Assembly (NCBI GenBank): GCA_965242925.1
Contig: CBDEUM010000009.1
Span: forward strand, 1 to 64,000
DNA length: 64,000 bases
DNA from: Roseibacillus sp.
GTDB taxonomy: Bacteria; Verrucomicrobiota; Verrucomicrobiia; Verrucomicrobiales; Akkermansiaceae
Direction: 5' to 3'
The notes beneath the pieces are model-generated. The model saw only the letters and a program-made list of their open reading frames with translations. It was not told where the DNA came from and ran no database searches. This document shows positions 38,433-49,800 of the stretch, piece after piece; the stretch's first letter is position 1, and each line of letters opens with the position of its first letter. Both the position numbers and the translations under genes were made by a program.

Positions 38433-40567
38433 ATGCACCACCCGCTGCCTGTCTGCATCCGGACCCTCTCCCCCGGGTTCCCGCAGACAGCAACCTGCAT
38501 CGTCCTCACCGTTTCGCTCTGGTCCGCAGCCCCTGCTCCCCGACTCCGGGCGGCTGAGCCCCTTCTCCTGCCGGAGACCGTCGTGACTGCCAGCCGGACT
38601 GATGAGGACTCCCTGCAGTCCATGAGCTCCATCGGAGTGGTCACCGCCGCACAGTTCCAGCAGCAGAGCTATCGGACCATTCCCGAGGCTCTCACCAACA
38701 CTCCCGGGGTAATGGTCCAGAAGACCACCCACGGGCATGGCAGTCCCTTCATCCGCGGCTTCACCGGACGGCAGAACCTCCTTCTCGTCGACGGAATACG
38801 CATCAACAACAGCACCTACCGCAGCGGTCCGGTACAATACTGGAACACCGTAGACGGCTTCTCCATGGACCGCCTCGAACTGGTCCGCGGCCAGGGGTCC
38901 GTGCAGTACGGCAGCGACGCCCTGGGCGGCACCATGAACATTCTCACCGCCGGGACTGGATTCCTTGACGCTGATCCGGGCTGGTTTCACCGGGGAAGCG
39001 CCAATACCGCTTCAACACCAACAGCAGCAGCCACGTTGGTCGCCTTGAAACCCGCTTTGGTGAGGGCGGAGTGTGGGGGGCCTCCCTCGGGGTGACCGGG
39101 AAGGAATTCGGCGACATCCGTGACAGCGGAGTGGGACGAATGAAAAACACCGGCTACCCGGAACAGAATCTCGATCTCAAGGTCGAGGCTCTTCTCCATC
39201 CCGGCACCACGGTCACCATGGCTCACCAGTATCTCAACCAGGACGATGTCTGGCGGTGGCACAGCACCATTTTCAATGACACCCCCTGGAACGGCACCAG
39301 GACAGGCTCCTTCCCGGTCCGGATCTACGACCAGAAACACAGCCTCACCTCCCTCAAGGTCGTCGGCGAGTTGGAGGACGGCATGGTGCAGAACTACAGC
39401 GCCACCCTCTCCTTCCAGCGCACTCAGGACAGCGAGTTCCAGAACCGCAGCCCTGCCGATATCCGGAACCAGGTCATCGACGTGGACACCTACGGAATCA
39501 ATCTCCAGCTCGAGAGCGAACTGCTCGGTGGTGATCTGGTCTATGGCCTCGACTACTACCGGGATGAAATCGACTCCGCCGGCACCCGCACCGGCCGTGA
39601 TCCCCGCAGCCGCCGACCGGTGGCCGACGATTCGACCTACCATCTCTTCGGGGTCTTCGCCCAGTTGCGCCGTCCGGTCACCGGGAATCTGGAAACCACC
39701 GTGGGTGCCCGCCTGACCCACGCCGAGGCTGATCTCGGGAAGGTCTGGGATCCTGCCCACGGAGTCGACATCTCCGCCCGCGACGACTGGACCAACATGG
39801 TCTTCAATGCCCGCACCCTCTACCGGCTCAGCGACACTTGGAACCTCTACGGTGGCGCGAGCCAGGGATTCCGGGCACCCAACGCCAACGATCTCAGCGG
39901 CAACATCACCTCCCGCAGTGGACAACAGCAACTCGGCTCCCTCGACCTTGAACCCGAGAAGTCGTGGACCTTCGAGGTAGGATCACGCTTCAACAACGAC
40001 ACCGTGAGCCTGGGGGCGACCGGCTTCTGCACCCTGGTCGATGACCTGATCATCAGCGTGCCCGCTGCCCCGGGTGGCAACACGGTGTCGGCTGCCAACG
40101 CCCAGGAAGCTGAAATCGTGGGCCTGGAACTGGAAGCGGCCGTGCGCATCCTCGAGAACCTCACCCTCTCCGGTCATCTCACCTGGCAGGATGGTGAAAC
40201 CACCAGTCCCGCCTTTCTCGACGGTCCCGGCGTGGAGGCACCGGTCAGCCGCCTCTCACCCCTCGTGGGCAGCGTGGCCCTGCGCTACGACTCCCCCGAC
40301 CAGCGCTGGTGGGTGGAAGGGCGGATCACCGCCGCCGCCAGGCAGGACGAGCTCAGCGCCCGCGACCAGGGCGACACCCAGCGCATCCCCCCGGGGGGAA
40401 CTCCCGGTTACCTCGTGGCCTCGGTCCACGCCGGGGTACAGGTCACCGAGAACCTCCAACTGAACGCCGCCCTCGAAAACATCACTGATGAGGACTACCG
40501 CATCCACGGCTCGGGCGTGAACCAGCCCGGCATCAGCGCCATCATCGGGGGGAAACTGAGCTGGTAA
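38433..40567 (+). CDS. TonB-dependent receptor, frameshifted near 39001 (probable missing C)
   Basis: ETVVTASR TonB box, plug IRGF...LVDGIR, LELVRGQGSVQYGSDALGG in ORF 38397. Frame 2 continues QYRFNTNSS... into the barrel ORF 39071..40567 (LEPEKS, ENITDEDY, terminal W). Confidence 0.85.
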
Positions 40568-40627
40568 AAGCCGAAGGCGCCCCCCTGTGCCATTGACCGC
40601 GAGACTGTCCAGACCAACCCGTTCAGT

Positions 40628-41962
40628 CTAGAGGATCCAACCCTTGCGGTAGGGACGGTGGAGGAGTCCGCTGGCACCCGGATGGTCCGGGATCTCGCCG
40701 GTCAGGGGATCGTAGTGGAAGGGCTCGCCCACGATCCCGGCCACGTTAGCAAGTTGAATCAGTTCGGTGAGCGGACCACCGATCGCAAAGCTGGAGAAGG
40801 CCTCCCCCTTGCCCTTGCAGGCCTCGATCCACTCACGGTGGTGACCGACTCCACGGGGCAGGGTCCTGGGCGGCTCCTTGAGAGCCCCCTTGTTCTTGGA
40901 AAGAATTTCCGAACTCGTGTTCCAGGGGTTGGAGGAGTAGATGCTGCCCTTTGTGCCAACGAGCAGGGACCCGAATGATCCCGCTTGCTTGCCATGGAGG
41001 AGCTCCGATCCCGGACGCATCTCCTTCCCGCTGGAAACGGTCAACTTGACCGCTGGCAGGTCACCCCGGGCGGGGATGTGAAAGTGAACGCGGGTCGAGG
41101 AAGGATAACCCTCTGCATGTACCCCGGTGGCCTCGCCCTCGATCCGGATCCGCTTGGCGTTGCTGGAACCCCCGGGCTCCCAGAGCTTACCAAGCTCCAG
41201 GCAACGGAAGAGAAAGTTCCCGGTGTGGCACCCCATGTCCCCGAGGCTGCCGCTGCCGAAATGCCGCCAGCCCCTCCAGATGAAGGGCAGGTAGCTGGGG
41301 TGATAGGGACGCTCGGACGCCGGACCCAGCCAGAGATCCCAGTCGAGACTCTTGGGAACCGGGGGCGTATCCTTGGGCCGGGTCATCGTCCCGCTACCAT
41401 CGCCCACCCAGAGGTAGGCCTCGCGGACGGGACCAACCGTTCCGGCTGCACCCCACTCGGTGGCGCGGCGCACGCCTTCCGAGGCCGAACCCTGGTTGCC
41501 CATCTGGGTCACCACCTTGTGCTTGGCCGCAGTCAGGCGCATCATGCGGGCCTCGTGCACGGTGCGAGTCAACGGCTTTTCGCAGTAAACGTGCTTGCCC
41601 TGCTTCATGGCTCCGACCGCGGCCACGGCATGGGTGTGGTCCGGGGTGCACACCACCACCGCATCGATCTGCTTGTCCATCTCTGAGAGCATGCGCCGGA
41701 AATCCTTGTATTGCTTGGCCTTGGAGTGTTCCCGCAGCATGCGTGCTCCCCGCTTTTCATCCACATCGCAGACGGCCACCACGTTCTCGCCGGACACACT
41801 CCTGACATTGCCTTCCCCCTGGCCTCCGACCCCGATGCAGGCCATGTTCAGTTTTTCGTTGGCCTGGTATCCGAAGGCCACCCGGCTGCTGCAGATCAGG
41901 AGACCCGCCCCCGTGCTCCCCTTGAGAAATCCCCGTCGGTTCAAAGATGTTTGCTTGGACAT
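40628..41962 (-). CDS. Tat-exported Gfo/Idh/MocA oxidoreductase
   Basis: RRGFLK signal; IGVGGQG, TPDHTHA, YCEKP, WDLWLGP, LGDMGCH. Confidence 0.92.
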   Translation of the reverse strand: MSKQTSLNRRGFLKGSTGAGLLICSSRVAFGYQANEKLNMACIGVGGQGEGNVRSVSGENVVAVCDVDEKRGARMLREHSKAKQYKDFRRMLSEMDKQIDAVVVCTPDHTHAVAAVGAMKQGKHVYCEKPLTRTVHEARMMRLTAAKHKVVTQMGNQGSASEGVRRATEWGAAGTVGPVREAYLWVGDGSGTMTRPKDTPPVPKSLDWDLWLGPASERPYHPSYLPFIWRGWRHFGSGSLGDMGCHTGNFLFRCLELGKLWEPGGSSNAKRIRIEGEATGVHAEGYPSSTRVHFHIPARGDLPAVKLTVSSGKEMRPGSELLHGKQAGSFGSLLVGTKGSIYSSNPWNTSSEILSKNKGALKEPPRTLPRGVGHHREWIEACKGKGEAFSSFAIGGPLTELIQLANVAGIVGEPFHYDPLTGEIPDHPGASGLLHRPYRKGWIL

Positions 41963-42025
41963 ATCCCCTTGTTCGCCCAATCCAGCCCCGACCGCAAGAA
42001 AACTATAGGGTGCCGGCCCTCGGTC

Positions 42026-45000
42026 TCACCGTCCCCTCAGGGTTTCCAGCTCGGCCTGGGTCCAGGGCCTGTCACGCTCCTTGTCAGCAGCCCGTGTTTC
42101 AGCAACCTGCTTTTCACGCACTGGATCGCCCGGCCCCCACCGAAACCGCAGATAAGAGAGGACCGCGGCGATATCCCTGTCTTTCGTCAGGCCGAGAGCG
42201 GCGGCGGGAGCCATGAAGCCGCCTTGGTAGGTCTTCCCCTCAAGGGGCCCGGACAATCCATGAAGCAGGATGAACACGAGCGGTGCCGGAGCCCCGTCAA
42301 TACGTGGTGAATCAGTAAGGGCCGGAGCAAGGCGAACATCCGTTCCCGGAACCATGACCCCGTTGCCATCGGGACCATGGCAGCTCACGCAGGATCGGAA
42401 ATAGTGCACTTCCCCATCCCGGACGAGACGCCGGTGGTCCGGGCTCATGGATTTCGGGTAGTCGATTCCCCGTTTCCAGTTCGTGAGAACCGCCTTCCAC
42501 TGGGCACCACTGACACCATTGGGATGCTCCCCGTTCTGCAACTTCCGGATCAGGGGAAGATCGTCACTACCCCACAACGCCACCCCCACGGCCAGCATCA
42601 TCCCGCGACTGCGCAGATGGTGCTGCGCCACCTCCTGGATCAACTCCTCGGCAGCCACGCGCGATTCCCCGCCGCTCATCCCGAGGGTGAGCACGAGCTG
42701 CTGGGCCACCTCCCCGTCCCGTTCCCCTGCAAGGCAACGGAGACCTGCAACCGCCGCAGGCTCCGCAATCCAGCGCTCCGAGACCTGGATCGCAGCACGC
42801 CGGACCCGGGGATCACGATCGTGGTAGAGAGCCTCCACCAATCCCCGGTCAAGATCACCGATGCCTTCCAGCGTCCACAGCGCGTGCAGCCGGTAGAGGG
42901 GGTTCTTCGCGAAGCGAGCCGCTCCCTTCAGGAGGGGAACCACTCCCTCACGGTCCTCACGCAGGATGATGAGCTTCTGGGCGGTATCCCTCCACCACCC
43001 GTTGTCATGCGAAAGGTGGCGCACAAGCTCAACCGTTGTCTCTTCCAGCATACGCGGACGGAGCCCCGGGGTGTGGTCCACATGCCGGATCCGCCAGATG
43101 CGCCCGTGCCGTATATTCCGGTCGAGACCAGCCTCCACGATAGCCTTCCGGGGGCCCGGGGAGAGCCACGGGGCATCCTGGATGATCCCGCGGTACATGT
43201 CGGTCACATAAAGGCAGCCATCCGGCCCAGTAGCGGTATTAACAAAGCGGCAATTGATATCCGACGACCGAAGGAACTCACCATCTCCCGTTTCGGCCTT
43301 TTCGAAGAATTCCAGGCCATCCTTCCTGGTGACGGTTGAACGGCGAACGACATGAATGGTGGGATCACAGACGAAATGGTTGCCCTGATTCTCCCAGGGC
43401 AGCGCGTGCCCCCGGAAGATGGACTGGCCGCAGGCAGAGGTGAATCCCCGCTCCTCGGCCGCCCGGCCACCCCGGTCATTGAGCAGGCAGAGGCTTTTCA
43501 CCATGCGAAACCCCGGTTCATAGGGTGGGGCCATCTCGACCGGGGTCCCAAAAATCTCCCGCCCTGCGAGACGCCCCACGTTGGACCAGTACTTCGGGTG
43601 AAGATAGGGTGAGGCCACGGGATCGGAATTATGCACCCAGTAAAGGTCTCCCATGTCCCCGTGGGTCAGGCCCCACTGGGTCCAGTGCCCACGCTGCCGC
43701 TCCGCCTTCCACTCGCCATCGGTAAAGCGATAGCGTTCCATGTTGTAGGAGAGGTAGATGTGGTTATCGAGATTCCAGACCAGTCCGGAGTCCTGGTGCT
43801 CGACGGAGGTCTTCGGACCGTTCCGACTGTAGGCTCCACGCTTGTAGAGGGTGGTCGATTCATCCGCGACACCATCCCCATCCGTGTCCCGCCAGGCCAC
43901 GATGTCCATCGTGTCGGTCTCGCGCACCGCAATCCGGTCATCCAGTGGAAGGATCATGCGGGGCAGGTTGAGGTTGTCGACAAAGATGGTGACCTTGTCC
44001 ATCCGGCCGTCCCCGTTGGTGTCTTCCATCCTCTTGATCCTCCCGTTCCTCAGCGTTTTCGTTCCCGTGCCCTCCACGTCCTGCATGTAACTGCGCATCT
44101 CGGCGACATACATCGCTCCATTCCCGTCGAAGACCGTCAATACAGGTTCCTCGACCTCTGGTTCCGCCGCCACCACCTCCGCGAGATATCCGGGTTGCAC
44201 CTCGAAGGTTGTCGCCTCCTCCTCCGGCGAGAGCAGCACATAGGGATTCTCCTGCTTTTTCTGGCTGGCGCGATCTTCTGTTTCCGAATGCCTTCTCCCC
44301 TGCCCCCCCTCCCTCCAGGACACCGCGCTGGGGGTGAGAACCGAACTTCTGTTAATTCCAGGAAATCCCGGGGGAACCGGCAGGGTCACCTTCCCCGTGG
44401 CCAGATACTCGCAACTGCGGGCCACGATGGTCTGGAACCCCACACAATGCAGGCTCTCCCAGAACTTTTCGTCGTGATAACAATGGCCCATGGAGGTCAC
44501 GATCGCCCGGCCCCGGCCGCAGGTGACCTCCCACGTGATGGGTTCATGCTGTCCGGTCCCCCGTTGCCCCGGGTCAGACCACGCGGAGGAAAGGATTCTC
44601 AGGTTCCTCGCCGGACCACGCATATCGTGACACAGCTCATCTTTCGCGTGCATCCACCTGCCCGGCAACCCCTGCATGACCGGATGATCCGGTTGTCGCA
44701 CCGTCACCTGGAAAGAATGCTTCGAACCGTGGGCGGAACTCCCGGCTGCCTCATCCTGGAATTCTTCGCCGTTCCCCGGATCCACCTTGATCGCCTTCCC
44801 ATGGGTGGCGGGCCTCCAGCCAAGACCGATGATTTCATTATACTCCTTCCAGTTGCGGAATGCATTAGTTGCCCCGTGGACAAGAAACACTCCCCCGCCG
44901 CTCCGGACATAATTCACGAAGGCGGTGCGCACGTTTGCCGGCCAGTCACGACCCGTGTAATTCAGGATGACGACGTCATGACTGTCGAAGTCCGGCCTCC

Positions 45001-45340
45001 ACGCCTGCCATGCCTTGTCCGCATCCGGTTTCAACATTCGGACCGTCCCCGCATAGTTCTCCAGGGCCTTTTGATAGGCAGACTGCACCCCGGCGTCACT
45101 GGAGTCCGGCCTCCGGAGCGCTCCTGGCAACTTCTGTCCCGGAGCAGTAGACACCGAAACCTCGAATCGGCCGGTCGCATTGAGAGTTGCCCGCAGGGCA
45201 TCAGTCGTAATGCGCCAATCGTGACTGTTACGCCCATCTACGATGAGGACCCTGATCGAGTCACCAGCCGCCGCCAGGCGGGAAGGCCCGAAGGCCAGGA
45301 AAAGAACAACCCCGAAAAGAAGCGGGATAGAAAACTTCAC
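42026..45340 (-). CDS. ThuA-like domain fused to PVC-type beta-propeller dehydrogenase, HEAT repeats and cytochrome c
   Basis: Signal peptide; VLIVDGRNSHDW...HPVM..LP..W.H..DE (ThuA-like); YVAEMRSYM, DTNGDGRMD, GPDGCLYVTDMYRGII, GWWRDTAQ, LHALWTL; CVSCH heme motif. Confidence 0.85.
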   Translation of the reverse strand: MKFSIPLLFGVVLFLAFGPSRLAAAGDSIRVLIVDGRNSHDWRITTDALRATLNATGRFEVSVSTAPGQKLPGALRRPDSSDAGVQSAYQKALENYAGTVRMLKPDADKAWQAWRPDFDSHDVVILNYTGRDWPANVRTAFVNYVRSGGGVFLVHGATNAFRNWKEYNEIIGLGWRPATHGKAIKVDPGNGEEFQDEAAGSSAHGSKHSFQVTVRQPDHPVMQGLPGRWMHAKDELCHDMRGPARNLRILSSAWSDPGQRGTGQHEPITWEVTCGRGRAIVTSMGHCYHDEKFWESLHCVGFQTIVARSCEYLATGKVTLPVPPGFPGINRSSVLTPSAVSWREGGQGRRHSETEDRASQKKQENPYVLLSPEEEATTFEVQPGYLAEVVAAEPEVEEPVLTVFDGNGAMYVAEMRSYMQDVEGTGTKTLRNGRIKRMEDTNGDGRMDKVTIFVDNLNLPRMILPLDDRIAVRETDTMDIVAWRDTDGDGVADESTTLYKRGAYSRNGPKTSVEHQDSGLVWNLDNHIYLSYNMERYRFTDGEWKAERQRGHWTQWGLTHGDMGDLYWVHNSDPVASPYLHPKYWSNVGRLAGREIFGTPVEMAPPYEPGFRMVKSLCLLNDRGGRAAEERGFTSACGQSIFRGHALPWENQGNHFVCDPTIHVVRRSTVTRKDGLEFFEKAETGDGEFLRSSDINCRFVNTATGPDGCLYVTDMYRGIIQDAPWLSPGPRKAIVEAGLDRNIRHGRIWRIRHVDHTPGLRPRMLEETTVELVRHLSHDNGWWRDTAQKLIILREDREGVVPLLKGAARFAKNPLYRLHALWTLEGIGDLDRGLVEALYHDRDPRVRRAAIQVSERWIAEPAAVAGLRCLAGERDGEVAQQLVLTLGMSGGESRVAAEELIQEVAQHHLRSRGMMLAVGVALWGSDDLPLIRKLQNGEHPNGVSGAQWKAVLTNWKRGIDYPKSMSPDHRRLVRDGEVHYFRSCVSCHGPDGNGVMVPGTDVRLAPALTDSPRIDGAPAPLVFILLHGLSGPLEGKTYQGGFMAPAAALGLTKDRDIAAVLSYLRFRWGPGDPVREKQVAETRAADKERDRPWTQAELETLRGR

Positions 45341-45541
45341 GAATGATCCATCCTTCCCGGGGTTTCAGGATAAAGTGTCCGGGTTCTCTCCAGGGATTGC
45401 GAACTAATTTTCAGGCCGGAATCGATGCACAGAAACAGTTGAAGGACCTGGAAGCGAAGTTGGCATATCCTGATCCCTTTGAGCGCTCCCTTGATCGATC
45501 CCAGGTTGGACTATGGGAACGGATGAGATAGCGTCCCGGGC

Positions 45542-46763
45542 ATGCTCCGAATGCTCGGGACCATCACCCTTCTTCTCGCCCAGGCCCTGTCCTCATGGGC
45601 TGCCGAACCGGAATGGCCGCGTTTCCGTGGCAGGAATGGTGAGGGTGTGGTGACGGGTGCGGACATTCCGGCGAGTTGGAAGGTTGATGATTTCATCTGG
45701 AAGATCGACCTTCCGGGGGTTGGACATGGTTCGGTAGCAATCGTTGGGGAGCGGATCTTCCTGCTCTGTGGGGACCCCAGGACGAGCGAGCGCACTGTTG
45801 TCGCGGTGAGCCAAAGACGGCAGGATCCTGTGGCAGAAGTCCTACCGGACCGCGAAGTTCAAGGGGCATCGCTTCAATTCTCCGGCCTCAACAACGCCGG
45901 CAGTTGACAACGAAAACGTCTACCTGACCTGGGGGACAAGGGAGCAGCTCACCCTGACCGCCCTGACTCACACCGGGGAGCAGGTCTGGCAGGCGGACCT
46001 CGGGGCGATCAAAGGGGGCCACGGTTTTGGAGCCTCCCCGATGGTTCATGGTGATCTGGTGGTGATCAACAACGACCAGGACGGGGAGAGCAGCCTGGTG
46101 GCGGTGGATAAGAAAACGGGACAGAAGCGATGGGAGATTCCGCGCAAGAGCGTACGATTGAGTTACTCGGTGCCGGTGGTAACCAGGGACGGGACCCTGG
46201 TGTTTACGAATTGGCAGCATGGCTTCACCGCAGTGGATCCAAAAAGCGGCAAGGTCCTGAGCGATGTCAGCGTGTTCAATTTGAAGAAGAAGGAACGGGC
46301 CGTCAGTTCGCCGGTCCTGGCGGGCGATCTCATCATCGGAACCTGTGGGTTCACCAACGAGCCGAAGCACGCCGTGGCGATGATGCTCAAGGACGGCCAG
46401 TTGAGCGAAGTGTGGCGGATTGAGCGCAATGTCCCGCACATCCCGTGCCCGATCGTGATTCGAGACCGGGTCTACCTGTGGGAAGACAAGGGCATTGGGA
46501 CCTGTGTCGATCATCAGACCGGGAAAGTGATCTGGCGGGAGCGGATTGGGGGCGCGACCTACTTTGGGTCGCCCGTGAGTGACGGGAAGAAGATCTTCTG
46601 TGTCGATGCCGATGGCGTGGTGCGCTGTATCGCGGCAGCGGACGAATTCCAGGAACTGGGCCAGACCGACCTCGGCGAACTCTGCCGGAGCACCCCGGCA
46701 ATCGCGCACGGGAATCTCTATCTTCGCACAATGACCAGGCTGTTCGCAGTGAGAGGCAGGTGA
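45542..46763 (+). CDS. PQQ-like beta-propeller repeat (BamB-like) exported protein, frameshifted near 45811
   Basis: Signal peptide, EWPRFRGRNG, WKIDLPGVGHGS in ORF 45542. Frame 3 resumes KDGRILWQ...SPASTTPAVD into ORF 46041..46763 (TPAIAHGNLYLRT). Confidence 0.82.
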
Positions 46764-46819
46764 ATTCCTGCCCGCTCACACCCAGGCTGAATTTCACGAA
46801 GGAGCAGCCGGGACAACCC

Positions 46820-49800
46820 CTAGGGTGAGCGGGAGAACTCGACCCGCACGAAGCGTCGGGGCACAGCTGCGCTCACCAGTCCAGAAACACTTTGGTAGGT
46901 CCGGGTGGCCGTCCCATCGCCATGATTGGTGAACGAGAGCAGGGAGAATTCGGCGCCGGCATCGGTCCAGTTGACGAGGTCGCTTGAGAGCTCGAGCCGA
47001 TGGGTCACATCGTCGGCAGCCAGGTTCACCTGCAGGGTGAGCACGAAGCGACCGTCGCCGGTGGTTGCCAGGGCGACCGGGCTGCCATTGGGGACCTGGT
47101 CCGACGAACCCGTCGCGTGTTCCAGCAGGGCGCCGAGTCCATCGAAATCGAGATCGTCATTGGGATTCCCGGTGAAGAAAACGGCATCGCTGCCGCCGGG
47201 ATTGCCACCCGGCCAGGTGCTCTCCCGCCAGTTTGCGGGGTCATTGTGATCGGGATTGCCAGCCGGGTTCCTCAAGACCAGGCTGAACCCGCCACCGTCG
47301 GGACCGGTCGGCCAGGGCGCTTCGTCGTCGTAGGCAAACTCCCGGATGGTGCTATTGGTGGCATCCTCCAACTTGATGCGATCGCTGCCATTGTTGAAGC
47401 GGGAGCCATTCTGAAAATCGGTGAAGGGGACCACAATGCGTGCTCCGGGAGCCAGCACGGTTCCAGCGGGAAAGGTGTAATCAATGCCGGCGGTGAAATG
47501 CACTCCGCTCAGATTCACCGTCACGGAGTCGCTGATGTTCATCAGTTCGATGAACTCGGCATCGGGATTGAAACCGGCTGGATGATACATGAGTTCGCTA
47601 ACGACGAGGTAGCGCTGCGGATCGCTTGGATTGACCGGAGTCTGGAAGGCTGAAACGATCACCTCCGCGGGGTTCACGAGGTTGAGGGTCTCTCCGAAAT
47701 TGGATAGATGACCGGCGTAAGGTCCCACCACGAGGCGCTCTTCGTTTCCGGTTGGTGAAGTCCCCCGATTGCGAAAGGCGAGCGTGTCCGGAGAGAGGTA
47801 GAGGTCTCCCCCCCGCTCGATGACCGTGCCCGGGGCAAAGGTGAACTCCACGCCCCCGGTGAGCTTCCAACCCGAAATATCGATCTCGGTCGCTTCGTGA
47901 TTGGTCAGGACAATATACTCTTCGTCCTGATTGGCAGAAACCGGATTCTGTTCCACGGCACTGATGCGGATGTCGGGATTCGCCACCTGCGAAGCCGGAA
48001 TCAGGCCGGGGTAATTACGGAAGAGCACGTTGCGCCGGCTGTTCAGGTAATTGTTGATTGATGAGATGCTGGAGCTCAGCGGTGGACTGGCCGGGGCAAT
48101 GATCTCCGCTACGCGGTTCTCGAAGTAGCGCCGCGCCCGCGGAGTGGAGGACGGCTGCAGCACCTCGTCCATCACGGTGCGCAAGCGGCGCAGGTAGAGG
48201 CGCTGGGTGGTAGTTTCCTCGAAGAGAACATCGTAGAGCACGTTCCACTGATTCGCATTCTGCTTGGCATGTTCCTGGTCTCCGAAAAAGGGATGCGGCA
48301 GGTGCGTGCCACCGTCTCCAGTCACGCCGAAGGTCCAGTCCTTGTCCCACGGGAAGATCCGCCAGCGCTGATCGCCCCGGTTGTCGACGTAGCCGTAAAA
48401 GTTCTTGCGGACATCGTCGGCATCCTGGGTGATCGAGCGCACCGCGAGATAGTTCACGATCTGGGGCAGGTCCAGGTTGTCGATGACGTAACGGCGGCGC
48501 GCAGTGCTGGTTCTCCGATTGAGACCGGACACCAGGTTCTGCACGGTCGTCAAATCGCTCTGGTCACCGGTCTTCTTCTCGATCCCGGTGATGGTATCGA
48601 AGAATACCGGGTTCAAGTTGCTCCGCTGGACGAACTTGTAGAGATCGCTGGCTGGATCATACCCGTTGCGGTCGAGAAAATCTTCATCCACCTGTTCGAT
48701 GAAAACGCCGACACGATCGAAGATTCCGTTCAACCGCATGTACCAAAGAGCCGAATTGCAACCCGCGTTCCCGGCCGCCTGGTAGGCCTCGAAGGCCAGA
48801 GTCTGCCGCACGTAGGTGCTGTCGGATCCCCGCGCGTTCATGTTGATCTCGCCCACCGAGGGCATCTCGCTGTTGATGTAGAGGCCGTCCCCCTTGTTGA
48901 AGTTGAACTTCTGGGAACTCCCGTTGGTTGCGCCACCACGTTTCCGGACAAAGATATTATCATAGAATCTCTCGCCGAAGTAGACCGAGGCCCTCGTCCC
49001 GCTGCGCGTGTTGGCGGCCGACTCGCTTTGCGCGAACCACTGGAAGACGGGTAACGGCGAGGTGAGTCGGACATCCAGGATCACCGTGCCGAAATACTCC
49101 GGCGATTGGTTGTTGCCCGTGCGGTCGAGAAAGACGGGCGCGCGCCCGACATTTCCATCCCCATCGGAAGCGCTCACATACCAGCGCACCATATCTCCCG
49201 ATCGGTAGACCGACGAGGGGATGGAGGCGGTATAGCTGCCCGCGTCGACTGTCATCGGAATGACAACCTCCCCGCCGAAGTCGACTCGATACACCAGATT
49301 GACCGTCGTGATCGCAGCGAGCCGGGGCGCCACCTCGGCGGTCACCACGATATTCTGCAGCGAGGTCGGCTGCTGCGCAGGAAGATGAGAGACATTCTGA
49401 ATCACGGGTCCGGGAGTGGTAGAATCCGCGTTGGGAAGACCCGGCGTCGGTGAACTGAGGTAGCCGAAGGACAATGGACCACCACCCGACACGCTGGCTT
49501 CGAGCGAAACCTCAACCAGAAAATCTGAGCTGCCCGAGGATCGATTCAACCCGTGAACCGCAAATACGTTGGCGCCATTCTGCAAATCCCCAAGAAAGGC
49601 GGAGACATCGATGGTCTCCGAGTTGGCACTCTCGTTGACGTTGCCATCGGCAGTGTCGTCCCAAACGGGCAGGTCCGGTGCGTTGCGGTTGGCAATCTCA
49701 CTACCGTTGAGATAGGCCACGAATCCGTCGTCGTAGCGAAAGGACAATGAAAGTTCCGTCACGGTCGAGGCATCCACCAGGGCGAAGGGGAAACGGATAA

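Noticed and set aside
45343..45531. 62-aa ORF between divergent genes
   Set aside because: No motif or RBS; it occupies the probable divergent promoter region.
46764..46819. att-site duplicate of the tRNA-Cys 3' end at the far side of the cluster
   Set aside because: No match was seen by eye here or nearby.
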